Positions 18,486 to 26,864 of a stretch of DNA of 64,000 bases are shown piece after piece; position 1 is the first letter of the stretch; every line of letters begins with the position of its first letter. The DNA is from Candidatus Multivorans sp. (GTDB taxonomy: Bacteria > Acidobacteriota > Thermoanaerobaculia > Multivoradales > Multivoraceae). The notes beneath the pieces are model-generated. The model worked only from the letters and a program-made list of their open reading frames with translations, ran no database searches and was not told where the DNA came from. Location: contig OZ245033.1 of the NCBI GenBank assembly GCA_965224025.1, positions 1,888,001 through 1,952,000 of the forward strand. The letters run 5' to 3'. A program made the translations under genes and the position numbers.

Positions 18486-21400
18486 GTGACCCGCTTGGAT
18501 GTGGATGGCCGATCGATAGTCGCGGAGCCGGGCGACAGCCTGCTGGTCGCCATGCTGCGGGCCGGTCTGCATCCGACCGGAGGCGGCTGCCTGTGCCTGG
18601 GCGGCGACTGCCCGCATTGCCTGACCACGGTCGACGGCGCCGCCTACACCCGGAGCTGCCAGGTGCGCGCGGAGGCCGGCATGGTGGTGCGCCGGGATCA
18701 CGCCGGAGGCGAAGCGCCGCCCCTGTTACCCCACGTCGACGCCGGGCGGACCGCCAACATCAAGCCGGCGCCCGCCCACCACATCCACTGCGACACAGTG
18801 GTCATCGGCCAGGGCGACTCGGGCCGCCGGGCCGCCGCGGACGCCCGTGCCGCGGGGCAGGACGTGATCACCCTCGACGCCCGGGAGGGGCAGCACGTCA
18901 CCGGCGTCTACCCGGGCCCTCTCGTCGTCGCGCTCGACGACGCCGGGCGGGTGCTCCACGTTCATCCGAAGCGGGAGATCGTGGTTGCCACCGGCGCCGC
19001 GGAAGTCCAACCGGTCGTACCCGGCAGTGACCTCGAAGGCCTGATGACCGCCCGCGCCGCCGCCGAACTCGCCGCGGCAGGAATCGACCTCGGCCGCATC
19101 GTGGTACTGGGCGACTGGCTGCCCGACCTGCCGGCGGACACCTTCGGCCGCTTCCTCCCGCTCGGCGAGAACGGTTGGAACCTCATCCGTTTCGAGGGCC
19201 GGCGCCGCATCGAGGCGGTCGTCGTCCGCGGACGTGGCGACCAGGACGCGCCAGAACGACGGATCGAGTGCGACACCGCGATCCTCGACCTCGGCCGCCA
19301 ACCCCGGACAGCCCTGGCGCGGATGGCCTCCGACCTGCCGGTGCGAGTTGTCGGCCGCGCCGCGGAGGAGGCCGAACTGCCAACCTGCCCGCGCGAAGGG
19401 ACCGTCTGCCCGTGCAGCGGCGTCACCGTCGCCGATCTCGACGGCGTGTGGGACCGCGGCTTCCGCGAGATGGAGCTGCTGAAGCGCGCCACCCTGGCCG
19501 GCACCGGCGCCTGCCAGGGCGGCGTCTGCCTGCCCTACCTGCGGAGTTTCCTGCTCGAGCGTGGCGGCCGGTACCAGCCCGCCTTCACCGCACGGCCGCT
19601 CAACCGGCAACTGACCGTGCGCGAACTGGCGGCGGGCGCACATAGCCCGATCTCCGCCCGGTCGCCGCTTCACAATGAGCATCTCCGCCTGGGCGCCCAC
19701 ATGGAGCGCGCCGGCGGCTGGTGGCGGCCGTGGACGTACGGGCTGACCCAGGACGAAGTCGACAGTTCCACGGTCGTAGGTGAACCCTTGCCAGGGCGCG
19801 AACATTGCCCGCCGGAGTGGAGAGCCTGGGTCCAAGGCCTGTCCGACAGCGAGCGGCGGGAGTTCATGCGGATGGACCGCCGAACGGGCTGGGCGGAAGA
19901 GCCGGACGATGCGGAAGAGCCGGACGAACCGAACGCAGGCTGGCTGCGCCGACCGAGCGTCGCTCAACCCCACCTCGACTGGGGCGAACGCCCCCGGCGA
20001 CGCCGGATCGACGACACGAACGGCGACGAGTACGACTGTGTGCGTTACACCGTTTCCCTCGGCGACGTGAGCTCGCTGGGCAAGACGGTGATCACCGGCC
20101 TGGACGCCGGGGCATTTCTGGAGCGGGTCGTCCCGACCCGTGTCCGCACCATCGCGCCATGGACGTGCCGCTACGTCGTCCTTCTCGACGAGCGCGGCTA
20201 TGTGTTCGACGACGGCATCCTGTGCCGGGACGCGGCCCGGAGCGGCGCCGACCGCTTCTTCCTTACCTCGACCTCGGGAGGATCGGACTTCCTCGAGCTC
20301 TGGCTGCGCGACTGGGCCGAGGCTTTCGGCTTCGATGTTCACATCCTGAACCGGACCGGCGCCTTGGCCGCGATAAACGTCACCGGGCCTCGGGCCGCCC
20401 GCCTGCTGATCCGGGCCGGCGCTCACGAACTGCCCGACTTCGGGCATCACCGCAAAGTCCGGATCGCCGGCGTCGACTGCCGCGTGCTGCGGGTCAGCTT
20501 CACCGGAGAACTCTCCTACGAACTGCACCACGCCGCCGCCGACGCGGTCGATCTCTGGCGCCGCCTTCTGGCGGTGGGCGGCGAGCTGGGGGTGCGTCCG
20601 CACGGAGTGCAGGCGCTGCTCCAACTCCGACTCGAGAAGGGCCACATCGTGATCGGCCAAGACACCGACTACGACTCGACGCCGCGCCGCCTCGGCTGCG
20701 AGTGGGCCGTGGACCTCGACAAGGGCGACTTCATCGGCAGGCAGGCAATCCTCCGCACGAACAAGCAACCGCTCGACAGGCGCCTGGTCACGCTGGAACT
20801 GGGCGACCGAACGCTCCGCCCATTCCGTCCCGGCCGCCCCTGGCTTGAGACACGGGACTACGGGACCCTGGAAGGTTCGACAATCTCCGACGGCGACGCT
20901 TACGCCGGCCACGTCACGTCCGCTCCCACGGGAGACCTCCATGGCGGGAACCACTGGTGCATGTCGCGGGAGCATCTGAAGCCCTCACTCAGGAACGCCG
21001 GCGCCTGCGTCCTCGCCTGGGTGAACACCGACCGGAACGGCAACCTGCCCCGAGAAGTTACGATCAAGGCGTATCGCCGCCCATTCGCCACCGTGTCCGA
21101 ATCCAGCCCGAATGGCGAGCGGTACCAGGACGTGACGATCGAGGGCGTGTCCGCTCGCCGCATCGACGGCCCGTTCTACGACCCGGCGGGAGAATGGGCT
21201 CGGGTGGAGGTCGACCTGGCGAGCGAACCGGCCTCGTCCATCCGGTCGATTCCAGCCGTGAAACCACGACCGACGAACCTTGCCCAGGTACCGCCCGGCC
21301 CGCCGCGGCTGCGCCCGCTCGAAGCGACCCGGATCGTCGCCAAGCCGCCCGCTCTCGACGCTCTGCTCAAACTCGCACCCTGGCCGGGTCACTCCCTGCC

Positions 21401-21728
21401 CCTTCGCCTCGCCGCAGACGAACTCCTGCTGACGGCGCTGCCTGTGTTCGCGGTCGAGCAGGATCCGCACGCGATCGTCGCACGGGACACCGGTTTCTCC
21501 TACGTCTGGCTCGCTGCCGCCGAAGCCGCGACACTCCTCGACCGCGAGTGCGATTGGGAACGGCCGACCGCGCGGCCGGCGCTGGCCCAGGGCACGGTCG
21601 CCCGCATCCCGGTCAAGCTGTGGTTCGAAACCGAGCGGACCTTGATCCTGGCGCCGGCCCCGTTCGCAGCCGCTTTCCAGCGCCGTCTGAGCCGGACGCT
21701 CGGTCGCGACGCCCGAGGCGCGGCATGA
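18486..21728 (+). CDS. soxA: Sarcosine oxidase alpha-subunit-like multidomain protein (2Fe-2S, Rossmann, BFD-like, GcvT folate domain, SoxG-like tail)
   Basis: CLCLGGDCPHC...SC; VCPCSGV...KRATLAGTGACQG; TARP; DVSSLGK, DDG, SFTGELSYE and LRLEKG GcvT motifs; adjacent to soxB and soxD. Confidence 0.8.
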   Translation: MTRLDVDGRSIVAEPGDSLLVAMLRAGLHPTGGGCLCLGGDCPHCLTTVDGAAYTRSCQVRAEAGMVVRRDHAGGEAPPLLPHVDAGRTANIKPAPAHHIHCDTVVIGQGDSGRRAAADARAAGQDVITLDAREGQHVTGVYPGPLVVALDDAGRVLHVHPKREIVVATGAAEVQPVVPGSDLEGLMTARAAAELAAAGIDLGRIVVLGDWLPDLPADTFGRFLPLGENGWNLIRFEGRRRIEAVVVRGRGDQDAPERRIECDTAILDLGRQPRTALARMASDLPVRVVGRAAEEAELPTCPREGTVCPCSGVTVADLDGVWDRGFREMELLKRATLAGTGACQGGVCLPYLRSFLLERGGRYQPAFTARPLNRQLTVRELAAGAHSPISARSPLHNEHLRLGAHMERAGGWWRPWTYGLTQDEVDSSTVVGEPLPGREHCPPEWRAWVQGLSDSERREFMRMDRRTGWAEEPDDAEEPDEPNAGWLRRPSVAQPHLDWGERPRRRRIDDTNGDEYDCVRYTVSLGDVSSLGKTVITGLDAGAFLERVVPTRVRTIAPWTCRYVVLLDERGYVFDDGILCRDAARSGADRFFLTSTSGGSDFLELWLRDWAEAFGFDVHILNRTGALAAINVTGPRAARLLIRAGAHELPDFGHHRKVRIAGVDCRVLRVSFTGELSYELHHAAADAVDLWRRLLAVGGELGVRPHGVQALLQLRLEKGHIVIGQDTDYDSTPRRLGCEWAVDLDKGDFIGRQAILRTNKQPLDRRLVTLELGDRTLRPFRPGRPWLETRDYGTLEGSTISDGDAYAGHVTSAPTGDLHGGNHWCMSREHLKPSLRNAGACVLAWVNTDRNGNLPREVTIKAYRRPFATVSESSPNGERYQDVTIEGVSARRIDGPFYDPAGEWARVEVDLASEPASSIRSIPAVKPRPTNLAQVPPGPPRLRPLEATRIVAKPPALDALLKLAPWPGHSLPLRLAADELLLTALPVFAVEQDPHAIVARDTGFSYVWLAAAEAATLLDRECDWERPTARPALAQGTVARIPVKLWFETERTLILAPAPFAAAFQRRLSRTLGRDARGAA

Positions 21729-22933
21729 ACGAGTTCGTCGAGCGCCAGATGAAGCTGACCTGGGGGGCGCCCAAGTCCAGCTACGACGTGGTGATCGTCG
21801 GCGCCGGCGGCCACGGCCTCGCCACCGCGTACTACCTGGCGACGCGCCACGGGATCACGAACGTCGGCGTGTTCGAGCGCGGCTACATCGGCAGCGGCAA
21901 CTCGGGCCGCAACACGACGATCATCCGCGCCAACTACGGCATCCCTGCCGCGGTCCGCTTCTACCAGCGCAGCGTCGACCTCTACCGCGGCCTGGAAGAG
22001 GAGACCGGGCGCTGGCTCATGCACCAGGCCAAGGGCCTGCTATGGATGGCGCACACCGAAGCGGCCGCGCGGGCCGAACGGATGCGGGCGAAGCTGAACA
22101 CCGAGTTCGGCGCCGAGACCGAGTTCGTCGAGCCACGGCGGATCCAGGAGCTCTGTCCGCAGCTCGACATGGAGGGCGGCGGCCGCTGGCCCGTGCTGGG
22201 CGCCTCCTACCATCCGGCCGGCGCCACGGCCCGCCACGACCGCGTCGTCTGGGCGCTTGCCGAGGGGGCGATGGAGCGGGGCGCCCACGTCCACCAGAAC
22301 CTGCCGGTCGAGGGACTCGTCCTCGACGGCGACCGTGTCGCCGGCGTGCGGACCCGGGCCGGCGACATCGCCGCCGGCGTCGTTGTCTCGGCCGTCGGCG
22401 GCCACGTGTCCCGGATCGCCGCCATGGCCGGCGTGCGGCTGCCGATCCGTACTCACCGCCTGCAAGCCTTCGTCACCAACCATTACCGGCAGCAGTTCCA
22501 GCCCATCGTGGCCTCCTCGGAGCTGTTCTTCTACGCCTCACAGACCGCCCGTGGCGAGATGATCCTGGGCGCCGAGATCGATCCACAGCCGAGCTTCTCC
22601 TACCGCTCGAGCCACGACTTCGTGCAGCAGGTATCGCGGCGGGCGCTGTGCCTGCTCCCCTTCATGGCCGACCTGCGGGTGCTGCGGCAGTGGACCGGCG
22701 TCTGCGACATGAGCCCCGACTACTCGCCGATCCTGGGGGCCACCGGCGTCGACGGCTTCCTGATCACGACCGGCTGGGGCACCTGGGGCTTCAAGGCGAT
22801 CCCGGCCGGCGGCGAGCAGATGGCGCGACTCATCGCCACCGGCGAGATGCCGGAACTCATCGCGCCGTTCGGACTCGACCGCTTCGCACGCGACCGGACG
22901 ATGGCCGACCGCGGTTCGGCCGGGACGCACTAA
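21725..22933 (+). CDS. soxB: Sarcosine oxidase beta-subunit family FAD oxidoreductase
   Basis: GAGGHGLATAYYLA, GNSGRNTTIIRANY, ARHD, GWGTWGFKA; ATG overlaps the upstream stop. Confidence 0.9.
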   Translation: MNEFVERQMKLTWGAPKSSYDVVIVGAGGHGLATAYYLATRHGITNVGVFERGYIGSGNSGRNTTIIRANYGIPAAVRFYQRSVDLYRGLEEETGRWLMHQAKGLLWMAHTEAAARAERMRAKLNTEFGAETEFVEPRRIQELCPQLDMEGGGRWPVLGASYHPAGATARHDRVVWALAEGAMERGAHVHQNLPVEGLVLDGDRVAGVRTRAGDIAAGVVVSAVGGHVSRIAAMAGVRLPIRTHRLQAFVTNHYRQQFQPIVASSELFFYASQTARGEMILGAEIDPQPSFSYRSSHDFVQQVSRRALCLLPFMADLRVLRQWTGVCDMSPDYSPILGATGVDGFLITTGWGTWGFKAIPAGGEQMARLIATGEMPELIAPFGLDRFARDRTMADRGSAGTH

Positions 22934-22935
22934 CC

Positions 22936-23184
22936 ATGAGCCTCCGCATCCCCTGCCCCCACTGCGGCGCCCGCTCGGTCCACGAGTTCGTGCATGGCGA
23001 GATCCGGCGCGCGCCCGAGCACCTGACCGATCCGGACGAGCGCGACCTCGACCTCGCCTTCATGCACGACAACGAGGAAGGCGTCGTCACCGAGCGCTGG
23101 TTCCACGCCCAAGGCTGCCGCCGCTGGTTCGAGATCCGGCGCGACACGACGACCGACCGGATCGTCGAAACGGGCGAATCCTGA
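22936..23184 (+). CDS. soxD: Sarcosine oxidase delta subunit
   Basis: IPCPHCGAR...EF...ERWFHAQGCRRWF...RDT Zn-binding signature. Confidence 0.92.
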   Translation: MSLRIPCPHCGARSVHEFVHGEIRRAPEHLTDPDERDLDLAFMHDNEEGVVTERWFHAQGCRRWFEIRRDTTTDRIVETGES

Positions 23185-23236
23185 CCGGCCAGCCAGTTTG
23201 CGGCTACAATCCGCGCCTACTCGACTTGGAGGACGC

Positions 23237-24325
23237 ATGAACGCCCGACGCACCCTGACTCTCTTGACTCTCCTCGCCGTGGCGGCCTCCAGCGCCGTGC
23301 TCGCGGCCGACGACATCCCCCGCCGGCCCGACGGCAAGCCCGATCTCTCCGGGACCTACGACATCGCGACCCTGACCCCGCTGATGCGGCCCGCGCAGTA
23401 CGGCGACAAGCTGACCCTGACTCCAGAGGAAGCGAAGGCGATCGCCGAACACTGGCGCGGCAACTTCGAGAAGGACTACCAGCCCAGCGACCCGAACCGG
23501 AAGGCTCCGCCCAAGGGCGGCACCGGCATCTACGCGCCCGAGTTCACGGGGGCTGCAGGCAAGGTCGGCGGCTACAATGCCTTCTTCGTCGACATCGGCG
23601 ACGGCACCTTCCAGCTCGACGGCAAGTACCGCACCTCGATCATCACCGAGCCGGCGAACGGCCGGATGCCGGCGCTCACCGACGCCGCCAAGCAGCGGAT
23701 GGCCGAAGCGGCGATCTTCCGCCACGAGAACACCGGCACCGCCTGGTGGATCGACCGTGAGTTCGGCCCGTACGACGATCCCGAGCTCCGCCCGCACGCC
23801 GAGCGCTGCCTGCTCGGCTTCGGCTCCACCGCCGGCCCACCGGCGCTGCCCGTCATGTACAACAACATGAAGCGGATCGTGCAGACCGACACCCACGTGA
23901 TGATCCTGGTCGAGATGAACCACGACGCGCGGATCATCCGCATCGACTCCGAGCACGACGACAACGTCCAGAGCTGGCTCGGCGAATCGGTGGGCCGCTG
24001 GGAAGGCGACACCCTGGTCGTCACGACGAAGAACTTCGGCGACGACTACAGCTTCACGCAGGGCTCGAAGGAGATGGTCATCACCGAGCGCTTCAGCCGC
24101 ATCGACGAGGACACCCTGCTCTACGGCTTCACCGTCGACGACCCGAACACCTGGACCGAGCCCTGGAGCGGCGAGTACCCATGGCCCGCCAGCACAAACA
24201 AGGTCTACGAGTACGCATGCCACGAAGGCAACTACGCCCTCGGCGGGATCCTCCGCGGCGCCCGCCTCCTCGAAGAGGAAGCCCTGGAGGGCGACGCCGC
24301 GTCGACCGGCGGCGGCTCCGACTAG
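23237..24325 (+). CDS. Secreted conserved hypothetical protein, paralog 1
   Basis: GGAGG RBS, signal peptide, DGKPDLSG, ERC, GRWEGDTLVV, EYACHEGNY; close paralog at 59268-60392. Confidence 0.85.
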   Translation: MNARRTLTLLTLLAVAASSAVLAADDIPRRPDGKPDLSGTYDIATLTPLMRPAQYGDKLTLTPEEAKAIAEHWRGNFEKDYQPSDPNRKAPPKGGTGIYAPEFTGAAGKVGGYNAFFVDIGDGTFQLDGKYRTSIITEPANGRMPALTDAAKQRMAEAAIFRHENTGTAWWIDREFGPYDDPELRPHAERCLLGFGSTAGPPALPVMYNNMKRIVQTDTHVMILVEMNHDARIIRIDSEHDDNVQSWLGESVGRWEGDTLVVTTKNFGDDYSFTQGSKEMVITERFSRIDEDTLLYGFTVDDPNTWTEPWSGEYPWPASTNKVYEYACHEGNYALGGILRGARLLEEEALEGDAASTGGGSD

Positions 24326-24368
24326 TGCGCGAGTCTCATCGGCCCAGTGCTAGCGCGCCGCCATCGCT

Positions 24369-25094
24369 ATGCGAGCACCCATGCGAATGACCCTACTGTG
24401 CGGCACTCTATGCACCGCCATGGCCTGCGGTGGGGGCGTCCCCAATCAGGAAGCTGTCAAAGCTGAGGTGGTGACTGCCCTGGACACGTTGGTGGCAGAG
24501 CTGGTGGCTGACCGACCGGCCAACCCGGCTGGCTACACCGAGCGCCTGCGGGCTTACCTGGAAGCCCACCCCGGGTTCTACGGCAGTGCCGCCGCGCTAC
24601 TCGACGAAGCCGGCGCAGTCACCGCAAGCCCCTACGTCTACCGCACCGCTGACGGCTACAGCACCCTCGATCTTGCCCAACCCGACTACAACATCGAGGA
24701 GCAGGACTGGATCACGATGCCGCTGGCGGCCGGAGCAGGCATCTGGACGCCTCCCTACTTCGATGAGGGCGGCGGCGAGATCTGGATGATCACGCGCTCG
24801 GTTCCCGTGCGGGACGGCGGTCGGATCTTCGCCATCGTCACCACGGATCTGCCGGTTGAAGAGGCAGCCGTCCCCACAGCCGCCGCGGGGGGTCGGGACG
24901 CAATCGCCATGACCGCGTTCGCTACACTCGGTTTCCTCATTGTCGTGCTGGGCTATCCGCTGTTGATCGTAGGTGTGATCTTTCTACTCATGAACGCTCT
25001 CGATTCGGCCCGTCGTACCCGACGACCAAGAAACGGCAAGTCGCTTTGGCCGTGGCGCTACTCGATCGCGAAGCCCCGGAGCTGCCGCCGCTAG
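24369..25094 (+). CDS. Cache/PDC-like sensor-domain lipoprotein
   Basis: Lipobox-like AMAC; SPYVYR, WTPPYFDEGGG, MITRSVPV...IVTTDL Cache-type motifs; C-terminal hydrophobic segment. Confidence 0.7.
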   Translation: MRAPMRMTLLCGTLCTAMACGGGVPNQEAVKAEVVTALDTLVAELVADRPANPAGYTERLRAYLEAHPGFYGSAAALLDEAGAVTASPYVYRTADGYSTLDLAQPDYNIEEQDWITMPLAAGAGIWTPPYFDEGGGEIWMITRSVPVRDGGRIFAIVTTDLPVEEAAVPTAAAGGRDAIAMTAFATLGFLIVVLGYPLLIVGVIFLLMNALDSARRTRRPRNGKSLWPWRYSIAKPRSCRR

Positions 25095-25165
25095 AGTCGC
25101 GCCGCCAGCCGACGGCGCATTCGCGGCTGCTAGGGTCGGCGGCTCAACTCTCTGGAGGACAACCC

Positions 25166-25657
25166 ATGCGCCGCACTCTGTTCGTTCTGTCGATCGCTAT
25201 TCTCCTGTCCGTGACTGGCGTGGCCGCCGATAACCACGGTCCCAAGGTGGCCGACTTGGCCTGGATGACCGGGACCTGGAGTGGTGCGCTGGGGCCGGGC
25301 GGCAATTCTCTGGAAGAGAACTGGGCCGTGCCCAAGAACGGGTCGATGGCGGCTCTGGTGCGTGGTTTTTCGGGCGACGGCACGACGAACATGATCGAGC
25401 TGATCTCGATCGAGGAAGAGAACGACTCCCTCGTGCTGCGTTTGAAGCAGTGGAATCCCGGGATGGCGCCGCAGTACGACGGCTTCCAGGTGATGAAGCT
25501 CATCGAGTCGAAGGACCGGATGATCAGGTTCGAGAACATCGGCGAGGGCGGTCTCGCCAAGCTCGGCTACAGCCGGCCCGCCGATGACAAGTTCGTCATC
25601 TCCATCGAGCTGCCCAACGGCCAGGAGATCGACATCCCGCTCGACGCGGTCAAGTAG
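25166..25657 (+). CDS. Secreted hypothetical protein (DUF6265-like)
   Basis: GGAGG RBS, signal peptide, LAWMTGTW...EENW motif. Confidence 0.7.
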   Translation: MRRTLFVLSIAILLSVTGVAADNHGPKVADLAWMTGTWSGALGPGGNSLEENWAVPKNGSMAALVRGFSGDGTTNMIELISIEEENDSLVLRLKQWNPGMAPQYDGFQVMKLIESKDRMIRFENIGEGGLAKLGYSRPADDKFVISIELPNGQEIDIPLDAVK

Positions 25658-25723
25658 CGCCGCGCATCGTGCTGCGCCGTTGACCGGTGACCGCGCGCCC
25701 ATGGTGAAACTCAAGTTGGCCCG

Positions 25724-26404
25724 GTGGCGGTGAGCCGCTTCGGAATCACGGCGTCCGCGGCGCTCCTCGTCGCGGGCGTCGAGTTGCTTGCCGGCGGCGA
25801 CGCCGCCGTCGCCCAACGGAAGCCGGCCAGCCCGGCCGGCGAAGCCGCGGCCCAGATCGGCGGATACTTCGATCCCCGTTCCGGCTACGTCAACGGCGGC
25901 TGGATCGAGGTCAAGTTCGGGCGGCCGCTTCGCCGCGGCCGGGACATCTTCGGACCGCCGGACTTCATCGCCTTCCTGAACGACGGCGCCCCGGTTTGGC
26001 GGGCCGGCGCGAACTACACGACCCGGCTGATCACGGAGCTGCCGCTGATCATCGACGACACCCGCCTCGAGCCGGGCGAGTACACGATGTTCATCCAGCT
26101 CGGGCCGGAACGGTGGATCCTGATCATCTCGACCTGGCCGGCCCAGGAGACCTACGACTACCAGGAGCGCGAGGCGCTGTTCGGCGCCTACGGCTACACC
26201 CCGGACCGGGACGTGCTGCGCACCGACATGACGCTCCAGCCGCTGCCGATCTCCTTCGAGCAGTTGTCCTGGCAGTTTCTCGACGTGACTCCGGAGGGAG
26301 GGCGGCTGGCACTCCTCTGGGACCGGCAGATGGCGTCCGCGCCGTTCCAGGTCGCCGGCCCGGCAGACGAGTCCCCAGCCCCACCTGAGGAGAGCGATCA
26401 GTGA
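25724..26404 (+). CDS. DUF2911-like secreted protein
   Basis: PASP, VKFGRP...RGR, VWRAGAN...T, PGEYTMF motifs. Confidence 0.75.
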   Translation: MAVSRFGITASAALLVAGVELLAGGDAAVAQRKPASPAGEAAAQIGGYFDPRSGYVNGGWIEVKFGRPLRRGRDIFGPPDFIAFLNDGAPVWRAGANYTTRLITELPLIIDDTRLEPGEYTMFIQLGPERWILIISTWPAQETYDYQEREALFGAYGYTPDRDVLRTDMTLQPLPISFEQLSWQFLDVTPEGGRLALLWDRQMASAPFQVAGPADESPAPPEESDQ

Positions 26405-26844
26405 GCGAAACCGCAGCTACGGGTCAGAGAATGCGCGGCCAGTGCCTGTGCGGCGCCGTGGAGTTCGAAGTCGACGTGCCGGAGCGCACCTACAGCGTCT
26501 GCCATTGCGGCATGTGCCGGCGCTGGTCCGGCGGACCGCTGATGTCCGTCCACTGCCCCGAACCCAACACGGAATGGCTGAACGACGAGGGACTCACCTG
26601 GTACCAAGGCACCCCCTGGGCGCAGCGCGGCTTCTGCTCCGGCTGCGGATCGAGCCTGTTCTGGCGCCTGGCGGAGCAACCCGAGGGCATGCTGATCGTC
26701 AGCGTCGACGCCCTGGAAGACGCGGCCGGCTTCCATCTCGACCGTCACATTTACAGCGACGCCAAGCCCGACCGCTACGACTTCGCCGACGATCGGCCGC
26801 GGGTGACGGAGGCGCAGCTGATGAAGGAGCTGGGGCTCGGGTAG
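26401..26844 (+). CDS. GFA / CENP-V family Zn protein
   Basis: GQCLCGAV, CHCGMCRR, RGFCSGCGS. Confidence 0.9.
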   Translation: MSETAATGQRMRGQCLCGAVEFEVDVPERTYSVCHCGMCRRWSGGPLMSVHCPEPNTEWLNDEGLTWYQGTPWAQRGFCSGCGSSLFWRLAEQPEGMLIVSVDALEDAAGFHLDRHIYSDAKPDRYDFADDRPRVTEAQLMKELGLG

Positions 26845-26864
26845 GAAACCAGGGGGAGCGTGAC

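Noticed and set aside
18726-20975. 749-aa minus-strand ORF
   Set aside because: Antisense shadow of the soxA-like gene.
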